A DNA stretch of 64,000 nt, from contig CAVYNH010000001.1 in the NCBI GenBank assembly GCA_963769885.1, positions 13,234 to 77,233 of the forward strand. Reading direction: 5' to 3'. This stretch comes from Methanobacteriota archaeon. Lineage in GTDB: Archaea > Thermoplasmatota > E2 > DHVEG-1. Below, piece by piece: positions 1 through 10,222 of the stretch; the first letter of the stretch is position 1, and each line of letters opens with the position of its first letter. The translations under genes were made by a program, and so were the position numbers. The notes under the pieces are model-generated. The model saw nothing but the letters and a program-made list of their open reading frames with translations. It did no database searches and was not told the DNA's origin.

Positions 1-30
1 TGTAGTGGGAAATCAGTAGTGGGAAATTTA
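1..30 (+). repeat. Left terminal inverted repeat (2 x ~14-bp GTAGTGGGAAAT unit)
   Basis: Read directly; inverted match to 5322-5364. Confidence 0.85.
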
Positions 31-35
31 GATGG

Positions 36-545
36 TTATGTTATAACTGATATGATGAAAGGACAGACATCCTTAATTATCCAATGAACTGTTGTTATAA
101 TCATTAATGTTAACCAGATTATGGTAAATGTTAATGGTACAAAAAATGATACAATTAAACCAGAACTTATTTTTGTTAAGAATTTTCTACAACCTAAAGC
201 TTCATCAATTTCGTTATATGTTCCTTTCTTAAAATTTTTATTTGAAGTAAAACAACCATTACAATCTGTGAATATTTTAGTCTCTAATTTTCTTCCTTCA
301 TTTTCTGCTATAAGAATATGGGCATATTTTCTATGCAAAATAAAGAACCAGAAAATACTTATTATAAAACCAGTAAAACAAACTATTACTGCTGCAATAT
401 TTATTTTATTTATTATTTGAGAATAGCCTGCGAATAATAAGGATATGACAATAATATAAAAATGAAATGAGTCCCAATATCCTTTATCCCATCTTTCCCA
501 AATTGAAATAATTGAATTGTATTGTCTTATTTCTTTTTCACACAT
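36..545 (-). CDS. Small multi-pass membrane protein, RipA/Rip1-like
   Basis: 169 aa with 3 hydrophobic helices. The pattern Y...W..F..V.S.L / G.IIS..W......Y........R.LE..I resembles RipA-family octameric membrane proteins (recalled similarity, not searched). Confidence 0.55.
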   Translation of the reverse strand: MCEKEIRQYNSIISIWERWDKGYWDSFHFYIIVISLLFAGYSQIINKINIAAVIVCFTGFIISIFWFFILHRKYAHILIAENEGRKLETKIFTDCNGCFTSNKNFKKGTYNEIDEALGCRKFLTKISSGLIVSFFVPLTFTIIWLTLMIITTVHWIIKDVCPFIISVIT

Positions 546-742
546 AAATATGTCCTCTATCTCTATTCTTCTGAATGTATGTAATTTTTTATTTTTTAAA
601 TATTTTGTGTATTTTAGGTTTGCAAACTATTTTAAAAACAAATGACATTGATGTTCTTGCCATCCCTATCATTAAGCTCATATGTTTCGCCAAAAAACTT
701 ATGTAGTTTTTTCGATAGGGATGGTAAAAAATTTAATCTGTT

Positions 743-2042
743 TTAATCTCCATCAGTGTAGTAACCAAGAATTTCAATGAAATCTTTTTTGGAGGAGTTG
801 ATGAATTTATCCTGTATCCTGGCTATGCCGTTGTCATTTATTGCGTCCCTGACTTCTTTTACTTCTTGGCATCTACTGTAGAACAAATGTTCCTTACTCC
901 ATGCACTCCATAGATGCGGGTCTATCTTGTTAAAAAATGCGCCACCATATACTTCATTAATCTTTGAACATCGGGGCAACCGCATTTTAACGGTTTATTT
1001 TTAATCTTATTTGCTTTTACCAATTCCATTCGTTTTCTGTCATAATATGATCTGAATTTTGAAGATTTACCGCTACCGCCATAATCATTAATGTAACCAT
1101 TTAATGGTTCGATGAAACCGTCAAATCCAGTGGATATACATGGTATGGCATATGCATCCGCATCTATCAAGAAAGTAAATTTATTGTTAAATTCAGCCGC
1201 TTCCTGAATAGACTTGGAAATGTTCCGAGGTTTCTTCTTACATCGGTATCATTCAGAGGGAAGTATTTTATTTTGATGAAAATGATTTTTACGTTCTCAT
1301 ATTCTCCGTCTACGTCCATTAAGAAATCTGTGATTTTTTTAAGTTGATCTAAATTCCGTAATGCTGAATAATTGAGGTTAAAATAGAAAGATGGTTCAAG
1401 ACCAAAGGTATCCGCTATAGTGAAAGCGGATTTTTTATTTACATCAATTGCTATATCTATTAGAGGGGAGTTTTCACCCTCGATAAATGGTACGAATGGT
1501 ACTATTGCATCAGGTTGATATTTATTTTGTTCTCTTACATTCCAGTTGATGACTGTAGTAGTATCTCCTGAGTTATACAGTTGTTGCCACATCTTAGTAT
1601 AATTCGCATATGTTGATTTGGTTAAAAAATCAGAAATTTTTTGTGGGAGTGACGGCAGATTTTTATATTGCGTTCTTTTTTGCTTGTTGTTTAGATAAAC
1701 ATATTCCGTGTTTGGATCAATGAAAACAGGGAGGATGCCTTTTAAGGTTTTAAAATCATAGGAAATCATTGGGATTAAACGTGTTTGTTTAGGATTGAAT
1801 ATTGTTTTCTCTCTGTTCAATGATGATACATTTAATATATCAAAAAATATTCCTTGGAAATAGTCATTTATTTTCTTTTCATCAATAATTATGTCAAGTT
1901 CTTTTGATGTTCTTATCTTAGGGATATAACAGGGTGTTTTGATTGTTTTATTGTTTAAATTGATCGTTGTAATTCTTGCGTTGTTTACTTTCTTTTCAGG
2001 ATAGATCATCACTTGGGTTGATCTTTTTACTTTTTCTTTCAT
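743..2042 (-). pseudogene. TGT (queuine/archaeosine tRNA-ribosyltransferase, DpdA)-fold protein of ~433 aa, split by 2 frameshifts
   Basis: ORFs 1167-2042, 922-1170 and 743-985 join by adding one base near 1217 and one C in the C4 run near 975, restoring CGCPRC. N-terminal ARITTINLNNKTIKTPCYIP resembles the TGT start; the C-terminus has a CxCxxC...H zinc site. The frameshifts may be sequencing errors. Confidence 0.6.
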
Positions 2043-2529
2043 ATGCTATCGACCTCTTTTTTAATATTTTTTAAATGTAATATTAGTTCATCGAGTTGGT
2101 TTGCATTTAACATCAATCCTCCGACAATGGTAAAAATATTGTATTCATCTCTTGTTTTTTCTTGGATATACACAAATTTACCAAAAGGGTTTTCGATCAA
2201 TTGAAAGTTATAATATTTTTCACCTATTTTTACATCTTTTATTAAAGTTGGATGGGCTACTTTTCCATTAGGATAATAGAGGAAATTTCTTTGACTAAAC
2301 TGTCGCCTATACAACTCTCTGATCGCTGTAAGGTAATCTAAAGTTGAGATGCGGTTCTGCGATCAATCCCTGCAACATCAGATACTTGAGGTAAACTAAT
2401 TCCTTGTGGATTATCTTTAACAACTTTTAATATGATTGAACAAGCAAATCTTTTTCTATCTTCGGGAGACATTTTTTTTAATTCCTCTTTTGAAAATCCG
2501 ATTTGACTTCTATTTATTGCGTCATCCAT
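2039..2529 (-). pseudogene. Winged-helix protein fused to a PUR/PC4-like domain (~163 aa), one frameshift near 2343
   Basis: MDDAINR...GISLPQVSDVAGIDRRTASQ continues as LDYLTAIRELYRR... after a +1 correction. The C-terminal KYYNFQLIENPFGKFVYIQE...LMLNANQLDELI resembles a PUR repeat. The stop overlaps the next start (ATGA). Confidence 0.55.
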
Positions 2530-2688
2530 TGTTTTTCTCCTTGTAATTTTATATACAACATTAAGATGCACATACCTTGTGCATAGTTATGTTGTACAGT
2601 TGATGTTGCACATAAACGGTTATTATATATATAAAGATAACTGATAGCTTTATATACTGACAATGTATTATAAAACTTGGCGAAATAT

Positions 2689-3847
2689 ATGGGCAACAAA
2701 ATAGATATTAAAGAAATGGTTAACGCAGAAAAGCTAGAGGCATGACACTTTTAGAACAAGGAATAGAACCAACCGAGATTAATCCGCATACGTGGATAGT
2801 GCCAAGTCAGACAGGAAATGGAACATATCAAGTTGATGTCCAGATGCGGTATTGGCATTGTACATGTCCAGATTTTGAACTAAAAGTATTGTAAACACAT
2901 CAATGCGGTTAAGATATGGAAGAACCTGAAAGAGAAATTTGAACAAATACATCTCAAAGTGAAACAGAAAATTACGTTAACAGATATTGATGTTGATTGC
3001 TGTAAGTTTTGTCATTCAACAGAAGTGACAAAATATGGGATGAAAAATAGTAAACAAGTCTATTTCTGTAAGACCTGTAATCGAAGATTTGTCAATAATG
3101 TTGACTTCGAGAATATGAAATATAACCCTAAGATAATCGCATTAACGCTTGATCTGTATTTCAAAGGAATAAGTCTCAGGAAAATAAGCCAACATCTAAA
3201 ACAATTCTATGAACTGAATATAAGCCATAAATCAGTTTACAACTGGATAGAAAAATATGTAGGGATAATGAATGAATACGTCAATGAAATACAACCTGAT
3301 ATTGGGGAAGTATGGCATACTGACGAAATGATGATTAAAATAGATGGCTCATGGAGACCTCTGGAATGTCATGGACGAACGTACACGGTTTCAACTCGCT
3401 TCTGTGGTATCAAAAGAACGATATGTTAAAGATGCACGTATGGTATTTCAGAAGGCAAAAAAGAACTGCGGTGGACGCAAGCCGAAGTTCATGGTTACCG
3501 ATGGTCTACCCGCATATAGGGATGCGGTGAACAAGGAGTTTAAAACTAATACTGATGAAACAGAACACCTATGGAATGTGGGGTTACAGCACCATCCAAA
3601 TAACAACCACATTGAAAGATTACATGGGACAATACGGGATCGTGAAAAAACATTTAGAGGGTTAAAGATAGAAAGTACCCCTATTATTGATGGGAACAGG
3701 ATTTACTACAATTTCATAAAACCACATGAAAATCTTGATGGTAAAACTCCGAGTGAGGAATCGGGAATAATCATTGAAGGAAATAATAAATGGCTTACTC
3801 TTATGAAAAAATCAATTCAGTACCAAAAGGCTAAAAATCAGAATTGA
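2689..3847 (+). pseudogene. SWIM zinc finger + zinc ribbon + DDE (IS6/IS240-like) transposase, 3 frameshifts
   Basis: Reassembled reading: SWIM CTCPDF...CKH, CKFC..CKTC ribbon, HTH, WHTDE, VTDG, NNHIERLHGTIRDR, YYNFIKPH. Frameshifts near 2727, 2890 and 3358. Confidence 0.85.
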
Positions 3848-3878
3848 AAAGTTATATAATTCAAATGGAGATTTAAAA

Positions 3879-5321
3879 ATGGAAAACATGCAAATAAAAA
3901 CCGATACTATTTACTGCGGAGATTGCCTTGATGTATTGAGGCGATTTCCAGAAGGATTTGTAAATTTAATTTATCTTGATCCACCATTTTCAAGTGGCAG
4001 GATTTATAATATAGTGTTTGGCACTAATAGCGAAAAAAAAGCCTTTGATGATCGATGGAAAGGTGGTATTCATCATTATATTGAATATATGAGGGAAAGA
4101 CTCGAACTCTGCCATCGTGTTTTGGACAGTAAAGGGTCGATTTATTTACATTGCGATAGTCATGCAAGTCATTATCTCAAAATAGTGATGGATGATATTT
4201 TTGGTTATAATAATTTTAAGAATGAAATAATTTGGAAAAGAAAAGATGCTCAAAGTTTCACCAATAAATATGGAGCTATGCATGATACGATTTTATTTTA
4301 TACAAAATCAAATGAGTACACGTTTAACAAAGCATTAGAAGAGTACATTCCACTTAGCGAAGAAACCGCAGATACTTGGTATAAATATGAAGAAATTGCA
4401 TCGAAAAATATTATTAATCGTCTTGGGAAAAAAATTGAAAAAGGACATGTAAGACGATACAATAAAGGTGATATAAGCGCACCTGGGGATAGGCAAGGTA
4501 CGGCAGCGCATTATAAATGGAACGGAAAATATCCACCAAAGGGGAGACATTGGGAATATACGGTTGAGGTGATGGGGAGATTGGAAAGAGAAAAACGTCT
4601 TGCTTATTCTAAGAATGGAAGGGTTTATGAAAAGCGATATTTAGATGAAACAAAGGGGACACCTCCTCAAGACATTTGGACTGACATTTCTATGTTGCGT
4701 GGAATGGGTAAACATAGTGAAAAAAGTGAATGGATGGAATACCCAACTCAAAAACCAAAACGTTTACTTGAAAGAATAATACGGATTTCCTCAAATGAAA
4801 ATGACATTGTACTTGATCCTTTCTGTGGCTGTGGTACGACTATCGTTGCAGCACATTATTTGAGGAGAAAATGGATTGGTATTGATATTTCACCTACTGC
4901 ATGTAATGTCATAAAAAATCGTATGGGAAATGTAAAAAAAATGGGATTGTTTGTCGTGAAAAACATTCCTATAATTGGACTCCCAAAGACAGAAGATGAT
5001 CTTAGAAAATTGCATCCTTTCGAGTTTGAAAACTGGGTATGTGATGTTCTTTTCGCTATTCAGACGAAGAAAGCAAAAGACATGGGTATTGATGGATATA
5101 CTATTGATGGAACAGTTCTCCAAGCAAAACAAATGGATAAAGTAGGAAGACCCATAGTAGATAATTTTGAGGCATCAATGAAGCGAGCTAAAACCAATAA
5201 AGGCATAGTTATTGCTTTTAGTTTTACTAAAGATGCTTTTGAAGAGGTTGCAAGAATAAAAAGCGAGAATATAGATATTACATTAAGATCAGTAAAAGAA
5301 TTATTAGAAATGGGTTTCTAA
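3879..5321 (+). CDS. N6A/N4C DNA methyltransferase fused to a C-terminal Mrr-like endonuclease domain
   Basis: DPPF catalytic motif, YPTQKP, DPFCGCGTT SAM motif. C-terminus FEFENWV..DMGIDG..LQAKQ..VGRP..GIVIAFSFTKDA is Mrr-like. Confidence 0.9.
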   Translation: MENMQIKTDTIYCGDCLDVLRRFPEGFVNLIYLDPPFSSGRIYNIVFGTNSEKKAFDDRWKGGIHHYIEYMRERLELCHRVLDSKGSIYLHCDSHASHYLKIVMDDIFGYNNFKNEIIWKRKDAQSFTNKYGAMHDTILFYTKSNEYTFNKALEEYIPLSEETADTWYKYEEIASKNIINRLGKKIEKGHVRRYNKGDISAPGDRQGTAAHYKWNGKYPPKGRHWEYTVEVMGRLEREKRLAYSKNGRVYEKRYLDETKGTPPQDIWTDISMLRGMGKHSEKSEWMEYPTQKPKRLLERIIRISSNENDIVLDPFCGCGTTIVAAHYLRRKWIGIDISPTACNVIKNRMGNVKKMGLFVVKNIPIIGLPKTEDDLRKLHPFEFENWVCDVLFAIQTKKAKDMGIDGYTIDGTVLQAKQMDKVGRPIVDNFEASMKRAKTNKGIVIAFSFTKDAFEEVARIKSENIDITLRSVKELLEMGF

Positions 5322-5364
5322 TCTGATACCACTACAGATTTTCCACTACTAAATTTCCACTACA
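5322..5364 (-). repeat. Right terminal inverted repeat (3 x 14-bp unit)
   Basis: CCACTAC cores at 14-bp spacing, ending ...CCACTACA. Confidence 0.85.
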
Positions 5365-5389
5365 GTATTACACAGCACCCTGTTCAGAT

Positions 5390-5450
5390 AGGTTTATATA
5401 GAAGTGTCCATATGCTGGGAATGCTTTTAACCTACTTATAAAGGAGGCAT
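5390..5450 (+). promoter_or_regulatory. Putative TATA box and Shine-Dalgarno of the thermosome gene
   Basis: TTTATATA near 5393; AGGAGG shortly before the ATG at 5459. Confidence 0.45.
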
Positions 5451-5458
5451 AGAACAGT

Positions 5459-7114
5459 ATGATGGCTGGAGGACAGACACCCATAATCATCCTTAAAGAA
5501 GGCACGAAACGCGAAAAAGGCAAAGGCGCCCAACTCAACAACATCATGGCAGCCCGCGCAATCTCCGACGCCGTGAAATCCACGCTCGGACCCAAAGGCA
5601 TGGACAAGATGCTCGTCGACTCCATGGGCGACGTCGTCATCACCAACGACGGCGCCACCATCCTCAAAGAAATCGACGTCGAACACCCCGCCGCAAAAAT
5701 GATCGTCGAAGTCGCCAAAGCCCAAGACGAACAATGCGGCGACGGCACCACCACCGCCGTGATCCTCACCGGAGAACTCCTTCGCAACGCCGGCGAGCTC
5801 ATCGAACAGAACATCCATCCCACCGTCATCACGGGCGGATACCAGAAGGCGGCCATAAAGGCGGTCGAAATCCTCAACAAGATGGCGATCCCGATCAAGC
5901 CCAACGACAAAAAAACGCTGAAGAACATCGCCATGACCTCCATGGCCAGCAAGGGAGCCAGCTCCGCAAAAGCAATCCTCTCCGACGTCGTCGTCGACGC
6001 GGTCACCAGCGTCGCCGAGAAAATCGATGGACGCACCGAAGTCGACATGGACAACATCCAGATCCAGAAGAAACAGGGCGGTAGCATCAACGATACCAAG
6101 ATCATCAAGGGCATCATCCTCGACAAGGAACGCGTCCACGAAGGCATGCCCAAGCACGTCCACAACGCCAAGATCGCCTTGGTCAACGCCGCTTTAGAGA
6201 TTAAGAAGACCGAGGTCGACGCCCGCATCCAGATCCAGGACCCCAGCCAACTCCAGGCCTTCCTCGATGAGGAAGAGACCATGCTGAAGAAGATGGTTGA
6301 AAAAATCAAGAAGAGCGGGGCCAACGTCCTCGTCTGCCAGAAGGGCATCGATGACATCGCCCAGCACTTCCTCGCCAAAGATGGCATCTACGCGGTCCGG
6401 CGCGCCAAGAAATCCGACATGGACAAGCTCGCCAAGGCCACCGGCGCAAAGATCGTCGCCAACCTCGACAACCTCAGCGTCAAGGACCTCGGACAGGCTG
6501 GCGCCGTCGAAGAACAGAAGATCGGCGACGACCGCATGACCTTTGTTGTCGACTGCAAGAACCCCAAGGCCGTCAGCATCCTCATCCGCGGCAGCACCGA
6601 ACACATCGTCGACGAGCTTGACCGCGGCATGCACGACGCCCTCTTCGTCGTCAAAGTCGCCCTCGAGGACGGGAAGATGACCGCCGGCGGCGGCAGCGCA
6701 GCCACCGAGATCGCCATGCAGCTGCGCGAGTACGCCACCACTGTCGGCGGCCGCGAGCAGATGGCGATCGAGGCGTTCGCCAACGCGGTCGAAGTCGTCC
6801 CCAAGACCCTGGCGGAGAACGCGGGTCTTGACCCCATCGATATGATGATCAACGTCCGCCGCGCCCACAAGAAGGGCAACAAGTACGCTGGCATCGACGT
6901 CTTCAACGGCAAGATCACCGACATGATTGACAACAACGTCGTCGAGCCGCTGCGCGTCAGCGTCCAGGAAGTCACGGCATCCACCGAAGCCGCCAACATG
7001 ATCCTGCGCATCGACGACATCATCGCCTCCAAGAGCGGTGGCCCAGCGCCCGGCGGCCCCGGCGGCATGCCAGGCGGCCCCGGCGGTATGGGCGGTGACA
7101 TGGACGAGTACTAA
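5459..7114 (+). CDS. ths: Thermosome (group II chaperonin) subunit
   Basis: TLGPKGMDKML, ITNDGATIL, GDGTTT motifs; GGM-rich tail. Confidence 0.98.
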   Translation: MMAGGQTPIIILKEGTKREKGKGAQLNNIMAARAISDAVKSTLGPKGMDKMLVDSMGDVVITNDGATILKEIDVEHPAAKMIVEVAKAQDEQCGDGTTTAVILTGELLRNAGELIEQNIHPTVITGGYQKAAIKAVEILNKMAIPIKPNDKKTLKNIAMTSMASKGASSAKAILSDVVVDAVTSVAEKIDGRTEVDMDNIQIQKKQGGSINDTKIIKGIILDKERVHEGMPKHVHNAKIALVNAALEIKKTEVDARIQIQDPSQLQAFLDEEETMLKKMVEKIKKSGANVLVCQKGIDDIAQHFLAKDGIYAVRRAKKSDMDKLAKATGAKIVANLDNLSVKDLGQAGAVEEQKIGDDRMTFVVDCKNPKAVSILIRGSTEHIVDELDRGMHDALFVVKVALEDGKMTAGGGSAATEIAMQLREYATTVGGREQMAIEAFANAVEVVPKTLAENAGLDPIDMMINVRRAHKKGNKYAGIDVFNGKITDMIDNNVVEPLRVSVQEVTASTEAANMILRIDDIIASKSGGPAPGGPGGMPGGPGGMGGDMDEY

Positions 7115-7162
7115 ACCGTACTCTCCCCTCTTCTCTTTTTTCACATTTTATTTTTTCATCCT

Positions 7163-7669
7163 ATGCCCGCAAAAAAGTCTGCCACCAAGACCCACCCGGT
7201 GGAGCAAACCGATATAAAGGTAAAATCCTTAGAGCAGCAAATCCAGGGACTGCGACGAGAACTTGCCGACAAACAGGACAAACTCCTCCGGGCGTACGCG
7301 GATTACCAGAACTACCAGAAACGCATGGAAAAAGAGCTTGCCGCTCGCGAACTCGAGATCAGCAGGCGCTACCTCATAGAGATTCTCGATTTCTCCGATC
7401 TTCTCAAAAAAGCAGCAGACGATCCTCACCCCCAGGAAGGCCTCAAGTCGCTCATCGCCACCATCGATCATTTCCTGGCCAAAGAGGGCGTCACGTACCT
7501 CGATTGCAAGGGCAAACCCTTCGACTACAAGCTCCAACACGCACTCTCCACCCTTGAGCGGGAGGAATGCCCGGATGGCACCGTGCTTGAAGAGGTTAAA
7601 AAAGGCTGCCTCCTCGGCGATACCCTGCTCCGGCCTGCTCAAGTCATCGTCTCCAAAAAGAAAGACTAA
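7163..7669 (+). CDS. grpE: Nucleotide exchange factor GrpE
   Basis: [15 protein letters not shown]...[21 protein letters not shown]; directly upstream of dnaK. Confidence 0.93.
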   Translation: MPAKKSATKTHPVEQTDIKVKSLEQQIQGLRRELADKQDKLLRAYADYQNYQKRMEKELAARELEISRRYLIEILDFSDLLKKAADDPHPQEGLKSLIATIDHFLAKEGVTYLDCKGKPFDYKLQHALSTLEREECPDGTVLEEVKKGCLLGDTLLRPAQVIVSKKKD

Positions 7670-7692
7670 CCCCTCATAGGAGGTATTCGATC

Positions 7693-9576
7693 ATGGCACA
7701 TATCATCGGAATCGACCTCGGGACAACGAACTCCGAGGCCGCATATATAGAAGCTGGAAAACCCGTCGTAATTAAAAGCGCGGAAGGACAACCCTACTTC
7801 CCCTCGGTCGTCGCCATCACCAAGACCGGGGAGATGCTCGTCGGTGAAGCCGCGAAACGCCAAGCCGTCACCAACCCCGAGGGAACCGTCCAACGCATCA
7901 AACGCAAGATGGGGACCAACGAGAAGATTACGCTGCACGGCAAGACCTATACTCCGCAGCAGATCTCGGCGTTCATCCTGCAGAAAATCAAGAAAGACGC
8001 CGAGGACTACCTTGGGGAGAAGGTCACGGACGCGGTCATCACCGTCCCCGCCTACTTCAACGACAACCAGCGCCAGGCGACCAAGGATGCCGGCGCCATC
8101 GCCGGCTTCAACGTCAAACGCATCATCAACGAGCCCACGGCCGCAGCCCTGGCCTACGGCCTGGACAAATCCGGGGACCAGCGGATCTGCGTCTACGACT
8201 ACGGCGGCGGCACCCTCGATGTCACCATCATGGAAGTCGGCGAAGGCGTCTTCGAGGTCCTCGCGACCAGCGGCGACACCCACCTCGGCGGCTCAGACAT
8301 GGACCAGGCGCTCGTCGACTACGTCGCCTCCGACTTCCAGAAGAAGAACCACATCGATCTCCGCAAAGACCCCAAGACCCACCAGCGGCTCCTCGAAGCC
8401 TGCGAGCAGGCGAAGATCGAGTCCAGCTCCACCCTCGAGACCGAGATCAACCTCCCCTACATCACCGTCGTCAACGACGAGCCCAAACACCTCGAAGTCA
8501 AACTGACCCGTGCGAAGGTCGAAGAGATCATCCGCCCCTTCGTCGACCGCAGCGTGCCGCCCTGCCGCCAGGCTCTAAAAGACGCCAAGCTCAACCCAGA
8601 TCAGATTGATCACATCATCCTCGTCGGTGGCACCACCCGCATCCCCATGGTCCAGCGCAAGGTCGAGGAGAACTTCCAGAAGAAGCCGAAACGCGAGGTC
8701 GACCCTATGGAATGCGTCGCGATCGGCGCCGCGATCCAAGCTGGCGTCCTGTCCGGCGAGATTGAAAAAGAGATCGTCCTGCTCGACGTGACGCCCCTGA
8801 CGCTCAGCGTCGAGACCCTCGGCGGCGTCGCCACCCTGATCATCGAGCGCAACACCACGGTGCCCACTAGAAAAGCACGCATCTTTTCCACCGCGGCCGA
8901 CAACCAGACCAGCGTCGAGATCAACATCCTGCAGGGAGAACGCCCCATGGCCGCGGACAACAAGAGCCTCGGCCGCTTCCACCTTGACGGCATCCTGCCC
9001 GCCCCGCGCGGCATCCCCCAGATCGAGGTCTCCTTCGACATCGACGCCAACGGCATCCTCAACGTCAGCGCCAAGGACCTCGGCACCGGCAAACAACAGT
9101 CCATCAGAGTCACCGGATCCACCCGATTATCCGAAACAGAGATTGAACGCATGCGCGCCGAAGCCAAACAACACGAGACCGAGGACAAGCAGCGCAAGGA
9201 ACGCGTCGAGATCCGCAACAACGCAGACACCCTCGTCACCCAGACTGAACGCACCCTTGCGGAGCTGAAAGACAAGTTCACCGAGCAAGACCGCATCGCC
9301 ATCGAGGCCGCCCTTAAGACTCTCCGTGAAAAACTCACCACCGACAACACCGATGAAATCAAGAAAGCCATGGACAACCTCACCGCGGCGCTCTCGAAAG
9401 CCTCGACCACGATCTACCAGCAGGCGGCCCAACAGCACCAGCAGGACCAACCCGGCGGCCCCGGCCCCGGCGGGCCCACGGAAGGCCAATGGCAGCCGCC
9501 CCCAGGGGGGCAGGGCTCGACCTACAACGCGGACTACGAGGTCAAAAACAAGAAGAAGCACCCCGACGAACACTAA
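7693..9576 (+). CDS. dnaK: Chaperone DnaK (Hsp70)
   Basis: [45 protein letters not shown]. Confidence 0.98.
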   Translation: MAHIIGIDLGTTNSEAAYIEAGKPVVIKSAEGQPYFPSVVAITKTGEMLVGEAAKRQAVTNPEGTVQRIKRKMGTNEKITLHGKTYTPQQISAFILQKIKKDAEDYLGEKVTDAVITVPAYFNDNQRQATKDAGAIAGFNVKRIINEPTAAALAYGLDKSGDQRICVYDYGGGTLDVTIMEVGEGVFEVLATSGDTHLGGSDMDQALVDYVASDFQKKNHIDLRKDPKTHQRLLEACEQAKIESSSTLETEINLPYITVVNDEPKHLEVKLTRAKVEEIIRPFVDRSVPPCRQALKDAKLNPDQIDHIILVGGTTRIPMVQRKVEENFQKKPKREVDPMECVAIGAAIQAGVLSGEIEKEIVLLDVTPLTLSVETLGGVATLIIERNTTVPTRKARIFSTAADNQTSVEINILQGERPMAADNKSLGRFHLDGILPAPRGIPQIEVSFDIDANGILNVSAKDLGTGKQQSIRVTGSTRLSETEIERMRAEAKQHETEDKQRKERVEIRNNADTLVTQTERTLAELKDKFTEQDRIAIEAALKTLREKLTTDNTDEIKKAMDNLTAALSKASTTIYQQAAQQHQQDQPGGPGPGGPTEGQWQPPPGGQGSTYNADYEVKNKKKHPDEH

Positions 9577-9583
9577 CGCCAGG

Positions 9584-10090
9584 TCATGGCCGTTGCGGCG
9601 GCTTCAGGCTCCGATGTGGCTCTAGTCGGAGGTCGTCCACCGACCACCGCTTCCCCTTCTCTTTAATGATCATTACCGCACAGGGAGCGTTCTTCAGCAC
9701 CTCCTCGGAGACGCTGCCGAGCAGGAACTTGTTGAACCCCTTCTTCCCTTGACTTGCCATCACCACTAGATCATCGTCATGGATGAACCTAACGATCTCC
9801 TTGGCGGGGTTGCCTTCCAGCATCACGGTCTTGCTCTCCACCCCGTGGTCCTTCGCGATCGCATTGACCTCGTCGAGGACTTCATGCTTCTTCCGCTCGA
9901 TCTTGTCCTCCAGGACCGTCGACAGCATGAACTGCTGGGTATCATTCACGGATAAAATCGACACCTCCACATGCAGCAGCTTCGCAAAAAACGCGCCCTG
10001 CTCCGCCGCAATACGGGACACATCCGACGTATCGACCGGGATCACCACACGCTTGATCCGATCAGGCTCCTCGCATCCCTCACGCCTCAT
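9584..10090 (-). CDS. Universal stress protein (UspA family)
   Basis: VVIPVDTS, GNPAKEIV, DLVVMASQG, LLGSVSEEVLKNAPCAVMII. Start set at the ATG at 10090, after a GGAGG. Confidence 0.92.
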   Translation of the reverse strand: MRREGCEEPDRIKRVVIPVDTSDVSRIAAEQGAFFAKLLHVEVSILSVNDTQQFMLSTVLEDKIERKKHEVLDEVNAIAKDHGVESKTVMLEGNPAKEIVRFIHDDDLVVMASQGKKGFNKFLLGSVSEEVLKNAPCAVMIIKEKGKRWSVDDLRLEPHRSLKPPQRP

Positions 10091-10222
10091 ACAAGAAACG
10101 AATCGCCTCCCGCCCAATAAAGGTTTGCCCCACATTGGATAACAACCGTCAACAACATCGGTACGACCTGTACAACAACGCCTTTTAAACCTCGCACACA
10201 CAACAAACCCTGAGGAATAACC

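Larger units (their letters stand above)
1..5364. mobile_element. Cargo-carrying DDE transposon (SWIM + IS6/IS240-like transposase) with iterated terminal inverted repeats
   Basis: Left end TGTAGTGGGAAATCAGTAGTGGGAAATTTA (1-30). Right end reverse complement TGTAGTGGAAATTTAGTAGTGGAAAATCTGTAGTGGTATCAGA (5322-5364). The interior is AT-rich and switches abruptly to GC-rich host DNA; transposase inside. The TSD cannot be assessed because the left flank is outside the window. Confidence 0.85.

Noticed and set aside
1-30. Short tandem repeats as a possible CRISPR remnant
   Set aside because: No spacers, and the inverted copy at 5322-5364 explains them as transposon ends. No CRISPR array or cas gene was seen in the window.
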